Source: Actinomycetota bacterium
Lineage (GTDB): Bacteria; Actinomycetota; Acidimicrobiia; Acidimicrobiales; Ilumatobacteraceae
Length of the DNA stretch: 49,826 nt
Reading direction: 5' to 3'
Assembly: GCA_043755475.1 (NCBI GenBank)
Contig: JAYUSX010000439.1
Span: forward strand, 1-49,826
Part shown: positions 35,103-44,825 of the stretch, piece after piece
How positions within the stretch are numbered: the stretch's first letter is position 1
How the letters are laid out: each line of letters begins with the position of its first letter
Made by a program: the position numbers and the translations under genes
Notes under the pieces: generated by a model
What the model was told of the DNA's origin: nothing
Databases searched by the model: none
What the model saw: only the letters and a program-made list of their open reading frames with translations

Positions 35103-36140
35103 ATGACCGAACCGCGAACAACCACCCCGACGTCTGCCGGCTTCGCGATGCCGGCAGAGTGGGAGCCTCACGCAGGCTGCCTGATGGCGTGGCCATCGCG
35201 AGCCGAGCTGTGGGGAGATCGGTTGGCCGATGCCACGCGTGACTACGCCGCGGTCGCCGACGCGATCGCAGCATTCGAACCCGTGCTGATGGTCTGCAGC
35301 CCTGGCCACGCGGGCGAGGTGGCCGATCGGTGCGGCGACGGCGTGACGCCGGTCGAGATCCCGATCAACGACTCATGGGCCCGCGACAGCGGCCCCGCAT
35401 TCGTGCGCAACGCCGCGGGCGAGGCGGCCGTCGTCGGGTTCGGGTTCAACGCGTGGGGCAACCGATGGCACCCGCACGACGACGACGCGCGCCTGTCGCG
35501 ACGGTTAGCCGACATCCTCGGACTGCCGTTCTTCGAGGCGCCGTTCGTCCTCGAAGGTGGGTCGTTCTTCGTCGATGGCGCCGGCACCGTCATCACCACC
35601 GAACAGTGCCTGCTCAACCCGAACCGCAACCCGCACCTGAACAAGCACCAGCTCGAGCAGGGCCTGTGCGACTTCCTCGGTGCCACAACCGTCATCTGGC
35701 TGCCGTTCGGTCACAGCCTCGACACCGGGCCGGCGGGCACCGACGGCCACGTCGATGGCGTCCTCCAGTACATCGCACCGGGCCGCGTGCTGCTCGAGGC
35801 GGTCTCGGATGACTCGTCACCGGAGTTCCGACGCGGTCAGGCGAACGTGGCTGCGCTCCAGGCGTCCGTCGATGCCGCCGGGCGCAACTTCGAGATCGTC
35901 ACCCTCGACCCCGGCCCCACCGCGACGGTGTCGTACGCCAACTACTACCTCGCGAACGGTGCGGTCATCGTCCCTGTGGGCGGTGACGATGCTGACGGTC
36001 CGGCGCTCAACCGGTTGCGGGCGGCGCATCCCGAACGCGTCGTCGTGGGCGTACCGGGCGAAACGCTCGCGTTCGGAGGAGGCGGGCCGCACTGCATCAC
36101 CCAGCAGATCCCGATCGGTGTCGAACTCCCCTCTCGATGA
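35103..36140 (+). CDS. aguA: Agmatine deiminase (cytoplasmic)
   Basis: FAMPAEWEPHAGCLMAWP, NDSWARDSGP and GGGGPHCITQQIP. Confidence 0.9.
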   Translation: MTEPRTTTPTSAGFAMPAEWEPHAGCLMAWPSRAELWGDRLADATRDYAAVADAIAAFEPVLMVCSPGHAGEVADRCGDGVTPVEIPINDSWARDSGPAFVRNAAGEAAVVGFGFNAWGNRWHPHDDDARLSRRLADILGLPFFEAPFVLEGGSFFVDGAGTVITTEQCLLNPNRNPHLNKHQLEQGLCDFLGATTVIWLPFGHSLDTGPAGTDGHVDGVLQYIAPGRVLLEAVSDDSSPEFRRGQANVAALQASVDAAGRNFEIVTLDPGPTATVSYANYYLANGAVIVPVGGDDADGPALNRLRAAHPERVVVGVPGETLAFGGGGPHCITQQIPIGVELPSR

Positions 36141-36769
36141 GCCGCAGCCCGAACACCGCGACGTCGACGGATCGCCGGAGCGCGCTGCTGATCGCAGCCG
36201 TCGAAGAGATCGCGCGTGCGGGCACCAGGGGCCTACGGGTGGAAGAGGTCGCCAAGCGCGCCGGCGTCTCCACGGCGTTGATCTACCACCACTTCGGTGA
36301 CCGGTCCGCTCTCCTGCAATCGGCGCTCGAACACATCGGCGCACAGGCGACCGTCTACACCGAACGCGGTCACGGATCAGCCTCTGGCCGCGACACCCTC
36401 GTCGCCGTCCTGACCGACGAGATCCAGGACGACCACTCGGTGCGCACGAACTCGGCCGCGTGGGGAGAGTTGCGTGACTCCGCGGTGTTCGACACCGATC
36501 TGCGGCCGATGCTGGCGGCGATGACGCAACGATGGATCGACGACATCGCCGATCTGGTCCGAGACGGGCACCGCGACGGTTCGATCGACGCATCGGTCGA
36601 CCCGGCCGAGGCCGGTGTTCGCCTGTCTGCGGTGGTCGAGGGCATCAGCATGCGGTGGCTGACGGGCCTGCTGACGACCGATCAGGCACGGTGGCACCTT
36701 GCCGCGATGGCGAACGCTGCGCTCGGATCGCGGCCGCCGTTCGACGGGGGCCCGACGCCGACGCGGTGA
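36137..36769 (+). CDS. TetR family transcriptional regulator
   Basis: HTH region LRVEEVAKRAGVSTALIYHHFGDRSALL. ATGA overlap with aguA. Confidence 0.9.
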   Translation: MSRSPNTATSTDRRSALLIAAVEEIARAGTRGLRVEEVAKRAGVSTALIYHHFGDRSALLQSALEHIGAQATVYTERGHGSASGRDTLVAVLTDEIQDDHSVRTNSAAWGELRDSAVFDTDLRPMLAAMTQRWIDDIADLVRDGHRDGSIDASVDPAEAGVRLSAVVEGISMRWLTGLLTTDQARWHLAAMANAALGSRPPFDGGPTPTR

Positions 36770-36971
36770 GCGTTCACGCTGCGCAGGTCGGCGGCTGTGC
36801 TGAAATCTGGGTGGCGGACTCGAGTGTCACACCGGCGCGGCAGGATCGCCTGGCACGCTGTCACCGGGCGTCGGGCCAACCGGTCCTTCGACTCGTCGTC
36901 CACCTCGGCCTCCAATACCCCACCCAGCCCACCCGACCCTCCCGGCGCCGCCCGGCCCGCCAAGGAACTGC

Positions 36972-38960
36972 ATGTCAAACGCCACCGCCTACGACGCGTC
37001 GTCCATCCAAGCGCTCAGCGGGCTCGCCCACGTTCGGCACCGCCCGCTCATGTACCTCGGTTCCGCTGGGATGGGCGTGGCGGGCCTGCATCACCTCATC
37101 TGGGAGATCGTCGACAACTCCGTCGACGAGGCCATGGGCGGTCACGGCGACCGGATCGTCGTCGTGCTCCATGCCGACGGCTCGGTCGAGGTGCGCGACG
37201 CCGGACGAGGCATCCCGGTCGATCCGTTCAAGGACGGCCCGCACGCAGGCAGATCGGCACTCGAGGTGGTGCTCACCGAGACCAACGCCGGTGGCAAGTT
37301 CGATGGAGGCTCGTACAAGGTCTCGGGAGGCCTCCACGGCGTCGGTGCATCGGTGGTCACGGGCCTGTCCACCCGGCTCGATGCCGAGGTGTGGCGAGGC
37401 GGTCGGCGCCACGCGATCTCGCTGCGGCTGGTGAAGAACCGCGACGGTTCGCTCACGCCTGGCGTTGCCACCGAGGGCCTGCGCGACGTGGGCCCAGCCA
37501 AGAGCAAGGCCACCACTGGCACCATCATCAGGTTCTGGCCCGACCTGTCGCTCTTCAGCGACGAACACGGTGTGCCGTTCACGAAGCCGCAATGGTCCAC
37601 TCGATTGATCGGCGAACGGTTCCGGCACAAGAGCTTCGTGCACCCGGGCCTGGCGTTCGAGTTCCGCGACGAGCGCGATCCCGCCAACCCGCAGGTCACC
37701 GAATGGTGCTCCCAGGGCGGCGTCGCCGACCTCGTGGCCGAGCTCACCTCCGAGTCCGACTCGGTCTCGCCCGTGCTCAGCTTCATCGGCGAGGTCGACG
37801 ACACCAGCGTGCACGCGGCGATGGCCTGGACCGTCGATGGCCGCGACACCTCCATCGGATATGCCAACGGCGTGTCCACTCCCGAGGGCGGCATGCACAT
37901 CGCCGGCTTCCGGAACGCGATCACCGAATCGGTGCAGCGGTTCATCACCGATCGGGGCCTGCTGAAGGACAAAGAGCAGTTGCCCACCACACGAGACATC
38001 TTCGGCGCGGCGATGACGGTCGTCTCGATCATGATCCCGGGTCCGCAGTTCGCCGGAAACTCGAAGTCGAAGCTGATGAACACCGAGGCCAGCGCCCGCA
38101 CGCGCGCCATCGTGCTGCCGATCATGAGCCGGTGGTTGGAAGAGAACCCGGCCGACGCCAAGCGCGTCGCCGACCTCGCCGTGTCGGCCATGCGGTCCCG
38201 CACCAAGTCGAACGCCGAGCAGCAGGCAGCGCGAGCACTCCTGTCGAAGGGCTCGAAGTCGCGCAACGGCCTGCCCCCCAAGCTGCGCGACTGCACCGGC
38301 AAGTCAGCACGCCCCAAGGAACTGTTGTTGGTCGAAGGCGACAGCGCCGGAGGTACCGCACTCGACGCCCGCGATCCGTCGTTCCAGGCCATCTTGCCGT
38401 TGCGCGGCAAACCGCTGAACACCTACAAAGAGACCGTCGACAGGGTGGTGAAGTCGCTCGCCGATCTCATCTTGTCGATGGGGTGCGGCATCGGCGACGA
38501 CTTCGACCTCGACAAGTTCCGCTACGACCGCATCGTCTGCGTGGCCGACGCCGACAACGACGGCCTGCACATCCGGTCGCTCATCGAAGCGTTCCTCTAC
38601 ACCTGGTGCCCGGGGTTCATCGAGTCGGGTCGACTGTTCTACGCGCTGCCCCCGCTGTGGTCCACCATGCTGCGCGGTGAACGCGTGTACCTGGCCGACG
38701 ATGCTGCGCTCGCGGCCTTCCGGGCCGAGCACGCCGATCACCGTGCGCACGTCAGCCGGATGAAGGGTCTCGGCGAGATGGACCATCAGGAGCTGCGGCT
38801 GGTGATCGGTTCGGGCCGCACCATCGGCCGCGTCGTCGTCGACGATCCGGCAGGCCTGGCGAAGCTGACCGAGCGCCTGTTCGGTCCCAAGTCCGAAGGC
38901 CGCAAGGCGTGGTTCCTGGAGCGCACCGGCGAGACACTCGACATCGTGAGGAGCAACTGA
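36972..38960 (+). CDS. Type IIA DNA topoisomerase subunit B (GyrB/ParE family)
   Basis: GHKL ATPase motifs EIVDNSVDEA, DAGRGIPVD and GGLHGVGASVV. Toprim motifs LVEGDSAGG, PLRGK and DADNDGLHI. Also KGLGEM. Confidence 0.92.
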   Translation: MSNATAYDASSIQALSGLAHVRHRPLMYLGSAGMGVAGLHHLIWEIVDNSVDEAMGGHGDRIVVVLHADGSVEVRDAGRGIPVDPFKDGPHAGRSALEVVLTETNAGGKFDGGSYKVSGGLHGVGASVVTGLSTRLDAEVWRGGRRHAISLRLVKNRDGSLTPGVATEGLRDVGPAKSKATTGTIIRFWPDLSLFSDEHGVPFTKPQWSTRLIGERFRHKSFVHPGLAFEFRDERDPANPQVTEWCSQGGVADLVAELTSESDSVSPVLSFIGEVDDTSVHAAMAWTVDGRDTSIGYANGVSTPEGGMHIAGFRNAITESVQRFITDRGLLKDKEQLPTTRDIFGAAMTVVSIMIPGPQFAGNSKSKLMNTEASARTRAIVLPIMSRWLEENPADAKRVADLAVSAMRSRTKSNAEQQAARALLSKGSKSRNGLPPKLRDCTGKSARPKELLLVEGDSAGGTALDARDPSFQAILPLRGKPLNTYKETVDRVVKSLADLILSMGCGIGDDFDLDKFRYDRIVCVADADNDGLHIRSLIEAFLYTWCPGFIESGRLFYALPPLWSTMLRGERVYLADDAALAAFRAEHADHRAHVSRMKGLGEMDHQELRLVIGSGRTIGRVVVDDPAGLAKLTERLFGPKSEGRKAWFLERTGETLDIVRSN

Positions 38961-41386
38961 TGGCCGCCAGCAAGAGCAAGGGCGCTCGACAGACGCGAGT
39001 CGTCGCCGAGGCCGACTTCACCGAGACGATCGTCGATCTGCCCGCCGTCGAGCAGCTCGACAAGGACTACTTCGCGTACGGCCAGCAGGTCATCGAAGAC
39101 CGAGCGGTCCCCTCGGCTGCCGACGGGTTGAAGCCAGTGCATCGCCGGATCCTCTGGGACATGCACATCCAACGCCTGTTCCCCGACCGACCGTTCGTGA
39201 AGACTGCCCGTGTCGTCGGCGACACCATGGCCCTGTTCCACCCCCACGGCGACCAGTCGATCGGCGATGCCCTCACCCGACTGGCCCAGCCCTTCGCGAA
39301 CCTGGTGCCACTGCTCGACTTCCACGGGAACTACGGCAGCCCCGACTTCTCGGCCGCCGCGTCCCGGTACACCGAGACGCGTCTGGGGTTCGCAGGCATG
39401 CTGATGCTCGACGACATCGACCAGCGCACCGTGCCCATGGTCGAGAACTACGAGGGGTCCAACGAAGAACCGGTCGTCTTGCCGGCCGCCTTTCCCAACC
39501 TGCTCGTCAACGGTGCCAACGGCATCGCCGTCGGCCTGTCGTCGTACCTGCCACCGCACGACCCACGCGAAGTGTGCGCGGCCACGCTGCACCTGATCGC
39601 CAATCCGAAAGCCACGGTCGACGAACTGATGGTGTTCATGCCGGGGCCATCGTTCCCGCGGGAGTGCACGATCACCAACGGTGACGAGATGACCGACATC
39701 TACCGCGCCGGCGTGGGCCGAGTGGTGGTGCGCGGCGCCTGGACCGTCGAGGAGCTCGGCCGGGGTCGCCAACAACTGGTGATCACCTCGTTGCCGTACG
39801 CCGACACCACCACCGGTTCCACCGAGAAGTTCATCGCAGCCGTCGGCGACGCGATCGACGAGGGGAACCTCGCCGGCATCGTCGACTACAACGACGAGTC
39901 GTCCGATGGCGCCACCCGCATCACCATCGCGCTCACCACCGGTGTCGCGGCCGAGCAGATCATCCCGGCCCTGCTGCGCTGGACCAACCTGCAGGTCACC
40001 AACAAGGTGCAGATGCACTTCCTCGACGAGCACGGCTCGGTCCGTCTCTACAACCTGCGGTCGTGCATCCAGGCGTGGATCGATCACCGCGTCCGTGTGG
40101 TGATCCGCCGGTCCGAGAACCGACTGGCCAAGATCGCCGATCGCTTGCATCGACTGAACGGCTTCCTGTTGGTCTTGCTCGACATCGATCGCACGATCGC
40201 GATCGTGCGCAGCTCGAAGACCCGTGCCATCGCTCGCACTGCCCTCATGGCCGAGTTCGGAATCGACGAGGGACAGGCCAACGCTGTGCTCGACCTCAAC
40301 CTCGGTCAGCTCACCGAAGACGCGGTCATCGAGTTCAAGAAGGAGGCCGCCGAACTCGAAAAGGAGCAGGCCAAGCTGCAGCGCTTGCTCGGGTCACCGA
40401 CGGCGTTGCGCCGTCAGGTGGGTACCGAGCTCGAACAGGTGATCCCGCAGTTCGACGGTGTCGCGCCCCGTGTCACCACGATCACCACCGAGCTGGCACA
40501 GCGCGTGTCCAAAGCAGCGATGGTGCTCGACGAGCCAGTCAGCGTCATGATCGACGCTGCCGGCTACCTGCAGGCGCAGCGCTCGGGGTCGAAGGCCAAA
40601 CCGAAGCTCGACCCGCTGCGATCGTTCGACACCACCACGTCGCAGAACCTGGTCGTGGTCACCACGGCCGGTCAGTTGCACCGAACGCTCGCTGCATCGA
40701 TTCCGACCGACAAGCCCACCGCGGCGGTGAACGTGTTCCCCGGACTCGATCCGACCGACCGGATCATCGGCTGGTGGGTCGACCAGACCGTGCCCACCGA
40801 CATGATGCTCGTCACTTCTGACGGCCAAGTGAAGCGGATCGGGGGCGACGACCTCGCCGGAGGCGACCGGAAAGGTGGCATCTCTCTGGTGAAGCTGTCA
40901 CCCGGCGCGCGCGTGGTGCAGGTCCTGGCGTTCGAACCGACCGAAGCGGTGCTGATCGTCACCCAGGCCGGCCAAGCGGTGCGATTCCTCCCGAGCGACG
41001 TGCGCCCGATGGGCCGAACTGCGTCGGGCGTGCGGGGCATCAAGCTCATCCCAGGCGACTCGGTCGCGGGTGCCACCCATCCTGCGCAGGAGGACGGACG
41101 GTTCCTGATCGTGCAGGCCAAAGGCGCTGCCAAGCGGGTGAACACGAGCGAGATCCCCATCCAAGGGCGCGGGAGCAAAGGCGTGAAGTGCGCCGTCGTC
41201 ACGCCGAAGGCCGGGCCCGTTGCCGCGATCTGCTCGACGACTGACACCGCCGTCGTCACCGTCCGCGACGTCGATGGTGCGGTGACAGAGCTGTCAGCCG
41301 GCGCATTCCCGGCTGCCGCCCGTGATGCCAGCAGCGGCAAGATCCGCGGCTTCGACGGCATCATCGTCGGATTCGAGACCACCTGA
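38960..41386 (+). CDS. Type IIA DNA topoisomerase subunit A (GyrA/ParC family)
   Basis: ATG 38960 overlaps the subunit B stop (TGATG), with GAGGAG upstream. Motifs DGLKPVHRRIL, HPHGD and the catalytic Tyr context AASRYTETRL. C-terminal beta-pinwheel-like repeats. Confidence 0.92.
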   Translation: MAASKSKGARQTRVVAEADFTETIVDLPAVEQLDKDYFAYGQQVIEDRAVPSAADGLKPVHRRILWDMHIQRLFPDRPFVKTARVVGDTMALFHPHGDQSIGDALTRLAQPFANLVPLLDFHGNYGSPDFSAAASRYTETRLGFAGMLMLDDIDQRTVPMVENYEGSNEEPVVLPAAFPNLLVNGANGIAVGLSSYLPPHDPREVCAATLHLIANPKATVDELMVFMPGPSFPRECTITNGDEMTDIYRAGVGRVVVRGAWTVEELGRGRQQLVITSLPYADTTTGSTEKFIAAVGDAIDEGNLAGIVDYNDESSDGATRITIALTTGVAAEQIIPALLRWTNLQVTNKVQMHFLDEHGSVRLYNLRSCIQAWIDHRVRVVIRRSENRLAKIADRLHRLNGFLLVLLDIDRTIAIVRSSKTRAIARTALMAEFGIDEGQANAVLDLNLGQLTEDAVIEFKKEAAELEKEQAKLQRLLGSPTALRRQVGTELEQVIPQFDGVAPRVTTITTELAQRVSKAAMVLDEPVSVMIDAAGYLQAQRSGSKAKPKLDPLRSFDTTTSQNLVVVTTAGQLHRTLAASIPTDKPTAAVNVFPGLDPTDRIIGWWVDQTVPTDMMLVTSDGQVKRIGGDDLAGGDRKGGISLVKLSPGARVVQVLAFEPTEAVLIVTQAGQAVRFLPSDVRPMGRTASGVRGIKLIPGDSVAGATHPAQEDGRFLIVQAKGAAKRVNTSEIPIQGRGSKGVKCAVVTPKAGPVAAICSTTDTAVVTVRDVDGAVTELSAGAFPAAARDASSGKIRGFDGIIVGFETT

Positions 41387-41428
41387 TCGGTTCCCGACAG
41401 CGACGGCGGGCACGGAGCAGCCTGCGAG

Positions 41429-42382
41429 CTAGTGAGCGGCGGGCGGTGCAGCGCTCTTGCCGAATGGCAGCCGCGCCACGATCGCGACGACGGCGAAGCC
41501 GACAATCAGCCCCACCAGCGCAGAGCCGGCCGTGTCGACCATCCAGCCGAGCACTCCCCCCACCCCGCCGATGTCGTGAACCGGACGCTCCAGACGATGG
41601 AGCAGGTCGTATGGACCGCTCCATCCGAGTTCGTCCGCGCCCACGATCAGGATGTGCCCACCGACCCACACCATCGCTGCGGTGCCGACCGTCGAGAGCA
41701 GGGCGAGCAACTTGGGCATGCCGGCGACGAGCGCTCGGCCCGTCTTGATCGCCGATGGCTTCCCCGACTGCACCATGCGCAAGCCGATATCGTCCATCTT
41801 CACGATGAGCGCAACCACGCCGTAGACGGCGACGGTGATGAGGAGTGCGACGACCATCAGGATGACGGCTCGCGAAACGAAGCCTTCGTCGAGCACGTCC
41901 TTGAGCGCGATCACCATGATCTCGGCCGACAGGATGAAGTCGGTTCGGATCGCGCTGGCGATCGTCTTCTCCTCCTGGTCGACATCGATCGCGACGGCCG
42001 GGAGCTCCGTGTCTCCGTCGTCGTGGTGCGTCAAGCGATGGTGGATCTTGTGGGCGCCCTCGTAGGCGAGGAACGTTCCGCCGCACATGAGGATGATCTC
42101 GACCAGCACCGGAACGAACTCACTGAGCAGCAGCGCCGCCGGCAGGATGAACAGGATCTTGTTCTTGAGCGATCCCATCGCGATGCGCTTGACGATCGGC
42201 AATTCCCGATCCGCCGCAAGGCCATGCACGTAGGCAGGCGTGACGGCGGTGTCGTCGATCACGACACCAGCCGCCTTCACACTGGCGCGACCGGCGGCTG
42301 CACCGACGTCGTCGATCGACGCCGCTGCCAGCTTGGCCAGCGCGGCGACATCATCCAGCAGGCCAACCAGGCCACCAGCCAT
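41429..42382 (-). CDS. DUF808 (YedI-like) inner membrane protein
   Basis: N-terminus GLLDDVAALAKLAAASIDDV...AAGVVIDDTAVTP is typical of DUF808. Confidence 0.8.
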   Translation of the reverse strand: MAGGLVGLLDDVAALAKLAAASIDDVGAAAGRASVKAAGVVIDDTAVTPAYVHGLAADRELPIVKRIAMGSLKNKILFILPAALLLSEFVPVLVEIILMCGGTFLAYEGAHKIHHRLTHHDDGDTELPAVAIDVDQEEKTIASAIRTDFILSAEIMVIALKDVLDEGFVSRAVILMVVALLITVAVYGVVALIVKMDDIGLRMVQSGKPSAIKTGRALVAGMPKLLALLSTVGTAAMVWVGGHILIVGADELGWSGPYDLLHRLERPVHDIGGVGGVLGWMVDTAGSALVGLIVGFAVVAIVARLPFGKSAAPPAAH

Positions 42383-42418
42383 TGATCTTCTCCAGTCGGT
42401 CGGACGACGTGGAGGAGG

Positions 42419-42790
42419 CTACCGGTCGGGCTCGAATGGCCGGTCGTCAGCGGGGGCGAGACCGGTGCTCAGGTCCTCATCGTCGATGACGCGGGTGGGG
42501 ACGCGATGGAACTCGACCGAGAACGTGGTCGGCACCTCGAGTTCCAGATGATGGGGCTCGGTCGGTGGAATCGACAGCGTGTCTCCGGCGGGCACCGTGA
42601 TCCGCTCGTCGGGTCGGTCGTCGAAGACGAAGACGACAGCACCGCTGTGCACCACGAGCCGCCCCCACACGCCGGCCGCGACTCGGTGGGCGCGCAGTAG
42701 TCCGCCGGGCACCGAGGTGTTGTCGAACACGTCGGTCGTGCGTACATGAACGAGGCCCGGAGGCAACTCCCGATCGAATGCGTGATCCAT
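42419..42790 (-). CDS. DUF1971 (YeaR / TehB N-terminal domain-like) protein
   Basis: Small cupin-like protein. LLRAHRVAAGVWGRLVVHSGAVVF fits the DUF1971 pattern. Confidence 0.6.
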   Translation of the reverse strand: MDHAFDRELPPGLVHVRTTDVFDNTSVPGGLLRAHRVAAGVWGRLVVHSGAVVFVFDDRPDERITVPAGDTLSIPPTEPHHLELEVPTTFSVEFHRVPTRVIDDEDLSTGLAPADDRPFEPDR

Positions 42791-42805
42791 GTGTGCCCCC
42801 AGCGT

Positions 42806-43519
42806 TCAGCGGACGAGTACGGCGACGAGGAAGTCGGAGGTCGGTGTGAACGGCCGTAGGTCCCAACTCGAGAGACGGACTTCTTCTCGCAGCCCGGCGG
42901 TCGCGACATCCGCGAGGAACTCGTCGAACTCGTAGCCGCGGCCCGAGCCGAACCCAACGACCAGGCGACCGCGATCGGCAAGATGCACCCCGAGACGCTC
43001 GATCGCCGAACGTCGCGTGGCCGGGTCGAGGAAAGTCATCACGTTCCCGGCGCAGACCACTGCATCGAACTCGTGCGTGCGGCCATCCCCAGCCGGTCCA
43101 GCCCCAGCCAGGCCAGCCCCAGCCAGGTCGAGCGCGGCCAGATCGGTGACCACCCAGTTCACGGCTGGGTACGCCTGCGCTGCGGCGGCGACCAGTTCGG
43201 GATCGATGTCCGCCCCGACCACGTCGTGGCCGAGCTCTGCAAGCTTGCCTCCGACCCTGCCTTGGCCGCAGCCGGCGTCGAGCACCCGTGCCCGTCGCGG
43301 CAGCATCGCATCGATGAACCGGGCCTCACCATCGAGGTCTCGGCCCTCGGCCGCCATCGAACGGAACCGCTCGATGTACCACGCCGAGTGCCCGGGGTTC
43401 TGTTCGATCAGTTGCAGCCAGCCGTTCGCGCTCACCGAGTGGACGGTACCGGCTGTGCACGCGTCGCGTTCGCGGTCGATCGTGACGGGCCCCGCCTGAC
43501 GTGGCATCGTGATGGTCAA
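42806..43519 (-). CDS. Class I SAM-dependent methyltransferase
   Basis: Motif I VLDAGCGQGRVG. Contains an in-frame 15-bp tandem duplication (43098-43127, LAGAG x2). Confidence 0.85.
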   Translation of the reverse strand: MTITMPRQAGPVTIDRERDACTAGTVHSVSANGWLQLIEQNPGHSAWYIERFRSMAAEGRDLDGEARFIDAMLPRRARVLDAGCGQGRVGGKLAELGHDVVGADIDPELVAAAAQAYPAVNWVVTDLAALDLAGAGLAGAGPAGDGRTHEFDAVVCAGNVMTFLDPATRRSAIERLGVHLADRGRLVVGFGSGRGYEFDEFLADVATAGLREEVRLSSWDLRPFTPTSDFLVAVLVR

Positions 43520-43562
43520 CGGGTTTCGTCGACGGGCGAACGGGGATCGACGGAGGACGCTG

Positions 43563-44765
43563 GTGAAGGTGGACGCTGCAGGGGCCGGGCTCGACGAGGC
43601 TCGGCTGGAACGAATCGGACATCACCTCCGCACGCGCTACATCGAGCCGGGCAAGATCGCCGGAGCGCAGGTCGCCGTGGTTCGCGGCGGAGTGGTGGGC
43701 CACTTCGAGAGCTTCGGTCTCCAAGATCGCGAACGCGGCGTGCCGGTTGCCGACGATGCCATCTGGCGCCTCTACTCGATGACCAAACCGATCACCGGTG
43801 TCGCGATGATGACGCTCTACGAGCACGGGCATTTCCAGCTCGACGATCCGGTGCACCGGTGGATCCCCGAGTGGAAGAACATGACCGTGAGCGAACCCGA
43901 CCCTGCGGGTGGGTCGCGGATCGTGCCGGCACATCGGGCACCCACGGTGCGAGACATCCTCACGCACACGTCCGGCATCGGATACGGCGAAGGCAACGGC
44001 GACCTGGTGCTCGGCGAAGGCAACTGGCTGGCCGGGCGCGACCTTGAATCGATGTCGAAGGCGTTCGGTGACTGGCCGTTGCGCTTCCAACCAGGAGAAC
44101 ACTGGCTCTACTCACACGGCATGGACATCGCCGCCAGGTTGGTGGAGATCATGTCGGGTCTTCCGTACGACGAGTACCTGCGCACGGCCATCTTCGAGCC
44201 GTTGGGCATGACCGACACCGACTTCTCGGTCCCCGCCCACAAGGTGGACCGGTTCGCAGCGAACTACGGCCGGAACGGTCGCAAGGAGCTCGTGTTGATG
44301 GACGACCCGACGACGAGCACCTACCTTCGCAAGCCGAGGCTGCTCAACGGCGGCGGCGGGCTGGTGGGCACCACCGCTGACTATGTGCGCTTCTGCGCGA
44401 TGCTCGCCGGCGGTGGCGAGCTGGACGGTCACCGAGTGCTCTCCCGAAAGACCGTCGAGCTGATGGCGAGCAACCATCTCCGCAACGACGCAGAGGTGGC
44501 CGAGCTCGCACTCCCGATGGGGTACGGCGAGGTCGGCTTCGAGGGCAACGGCTTCGGCCTCACGGTCGCCGTGTCGAAGGGCCCGTCCGCCACGGGCGTG
44601 GTGGGATCTCGCGGCGAGTTCATGTGGGGCGGCGCCGCATCGACCACGTTCTGGGTCGACCCCTCCGAAGAGCTGGCCGTGGTGTTCATGACCCAACTGA
44701 TGCCCTCGGGAACGTTCGACTTCCGAAGCCAGCTGAAAGCCATCATCTACGGCGCGCTGATCTGA
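43563..44765 (+). CDS. Serine hydrolase, beta-lactamase/esterase (class C, EstB-like) family
   Basis: SxxK motif YSMTKPITG. Start is uncertain: ATG 43509 would overlap the divergent methyltransferase start, and GTG 43563 or 43569 is more plausible. Confidence 0.85.
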   Translation: MKVDAAGAGLDEARLERIGHHLRTRYIEPGKIAGAQVAVVRGGVVGHFESFGLQDRERGVPVADDAIWRLYSMTKPITGVAMMTLYEHGHFQLDDPVHRWIPEWKNMTVSEPDPAGGSRIVPAHRAPTVRDILTHTSGIGYGEGNGDLVLGEGNWLAGRDLESMSKAFGDWPLRFQPGEHWLYSHGMDIAARLVEIMSGLPYDEYLRTAIFEPLGMTDTDFSVPAHKVDRFAANYGRNGRKELVLMDDPTTSTYLRKPRLLNGGGGLVGTTADYVRFCAMLAGGGELDGHRVLSRKTVELMASNHLRNDAEVAELALPMGYGEVGFEGNGFGLTVAVSKGPSATGVVGSRGEFMWGGAASTTFWVDPSEELAVVFMTQLMPSGTFDFRSQLKAIIYGALI

Positions 44766-44825
44766 ACGCTCGGGGCGAGCACTCCGACCGCAGGCGTCGC
44801 CATCGCCCCTTCTAGGGTGTGGCCC

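Noticed and set aside
36972-41386. Calling the topoisomerase pair gyrB/gyrA or parE/parC outright.
   Set aside because: The subfamily cannot be assigned from motifs alone. The GyrA-box region is degenerate and the genomic context is not origin-proximal, so only the family-level call is supported.
43509-43562. ATG 43509 as the start of the serine hydrolase.
   Set aside because: It would overlap the divergent methyltransferase start codon region (43519) and add an Arg-rich, non-conserved-looking N-terminus. The internal GTG starts at 43563 or 43569 are more plausible, though unproven.
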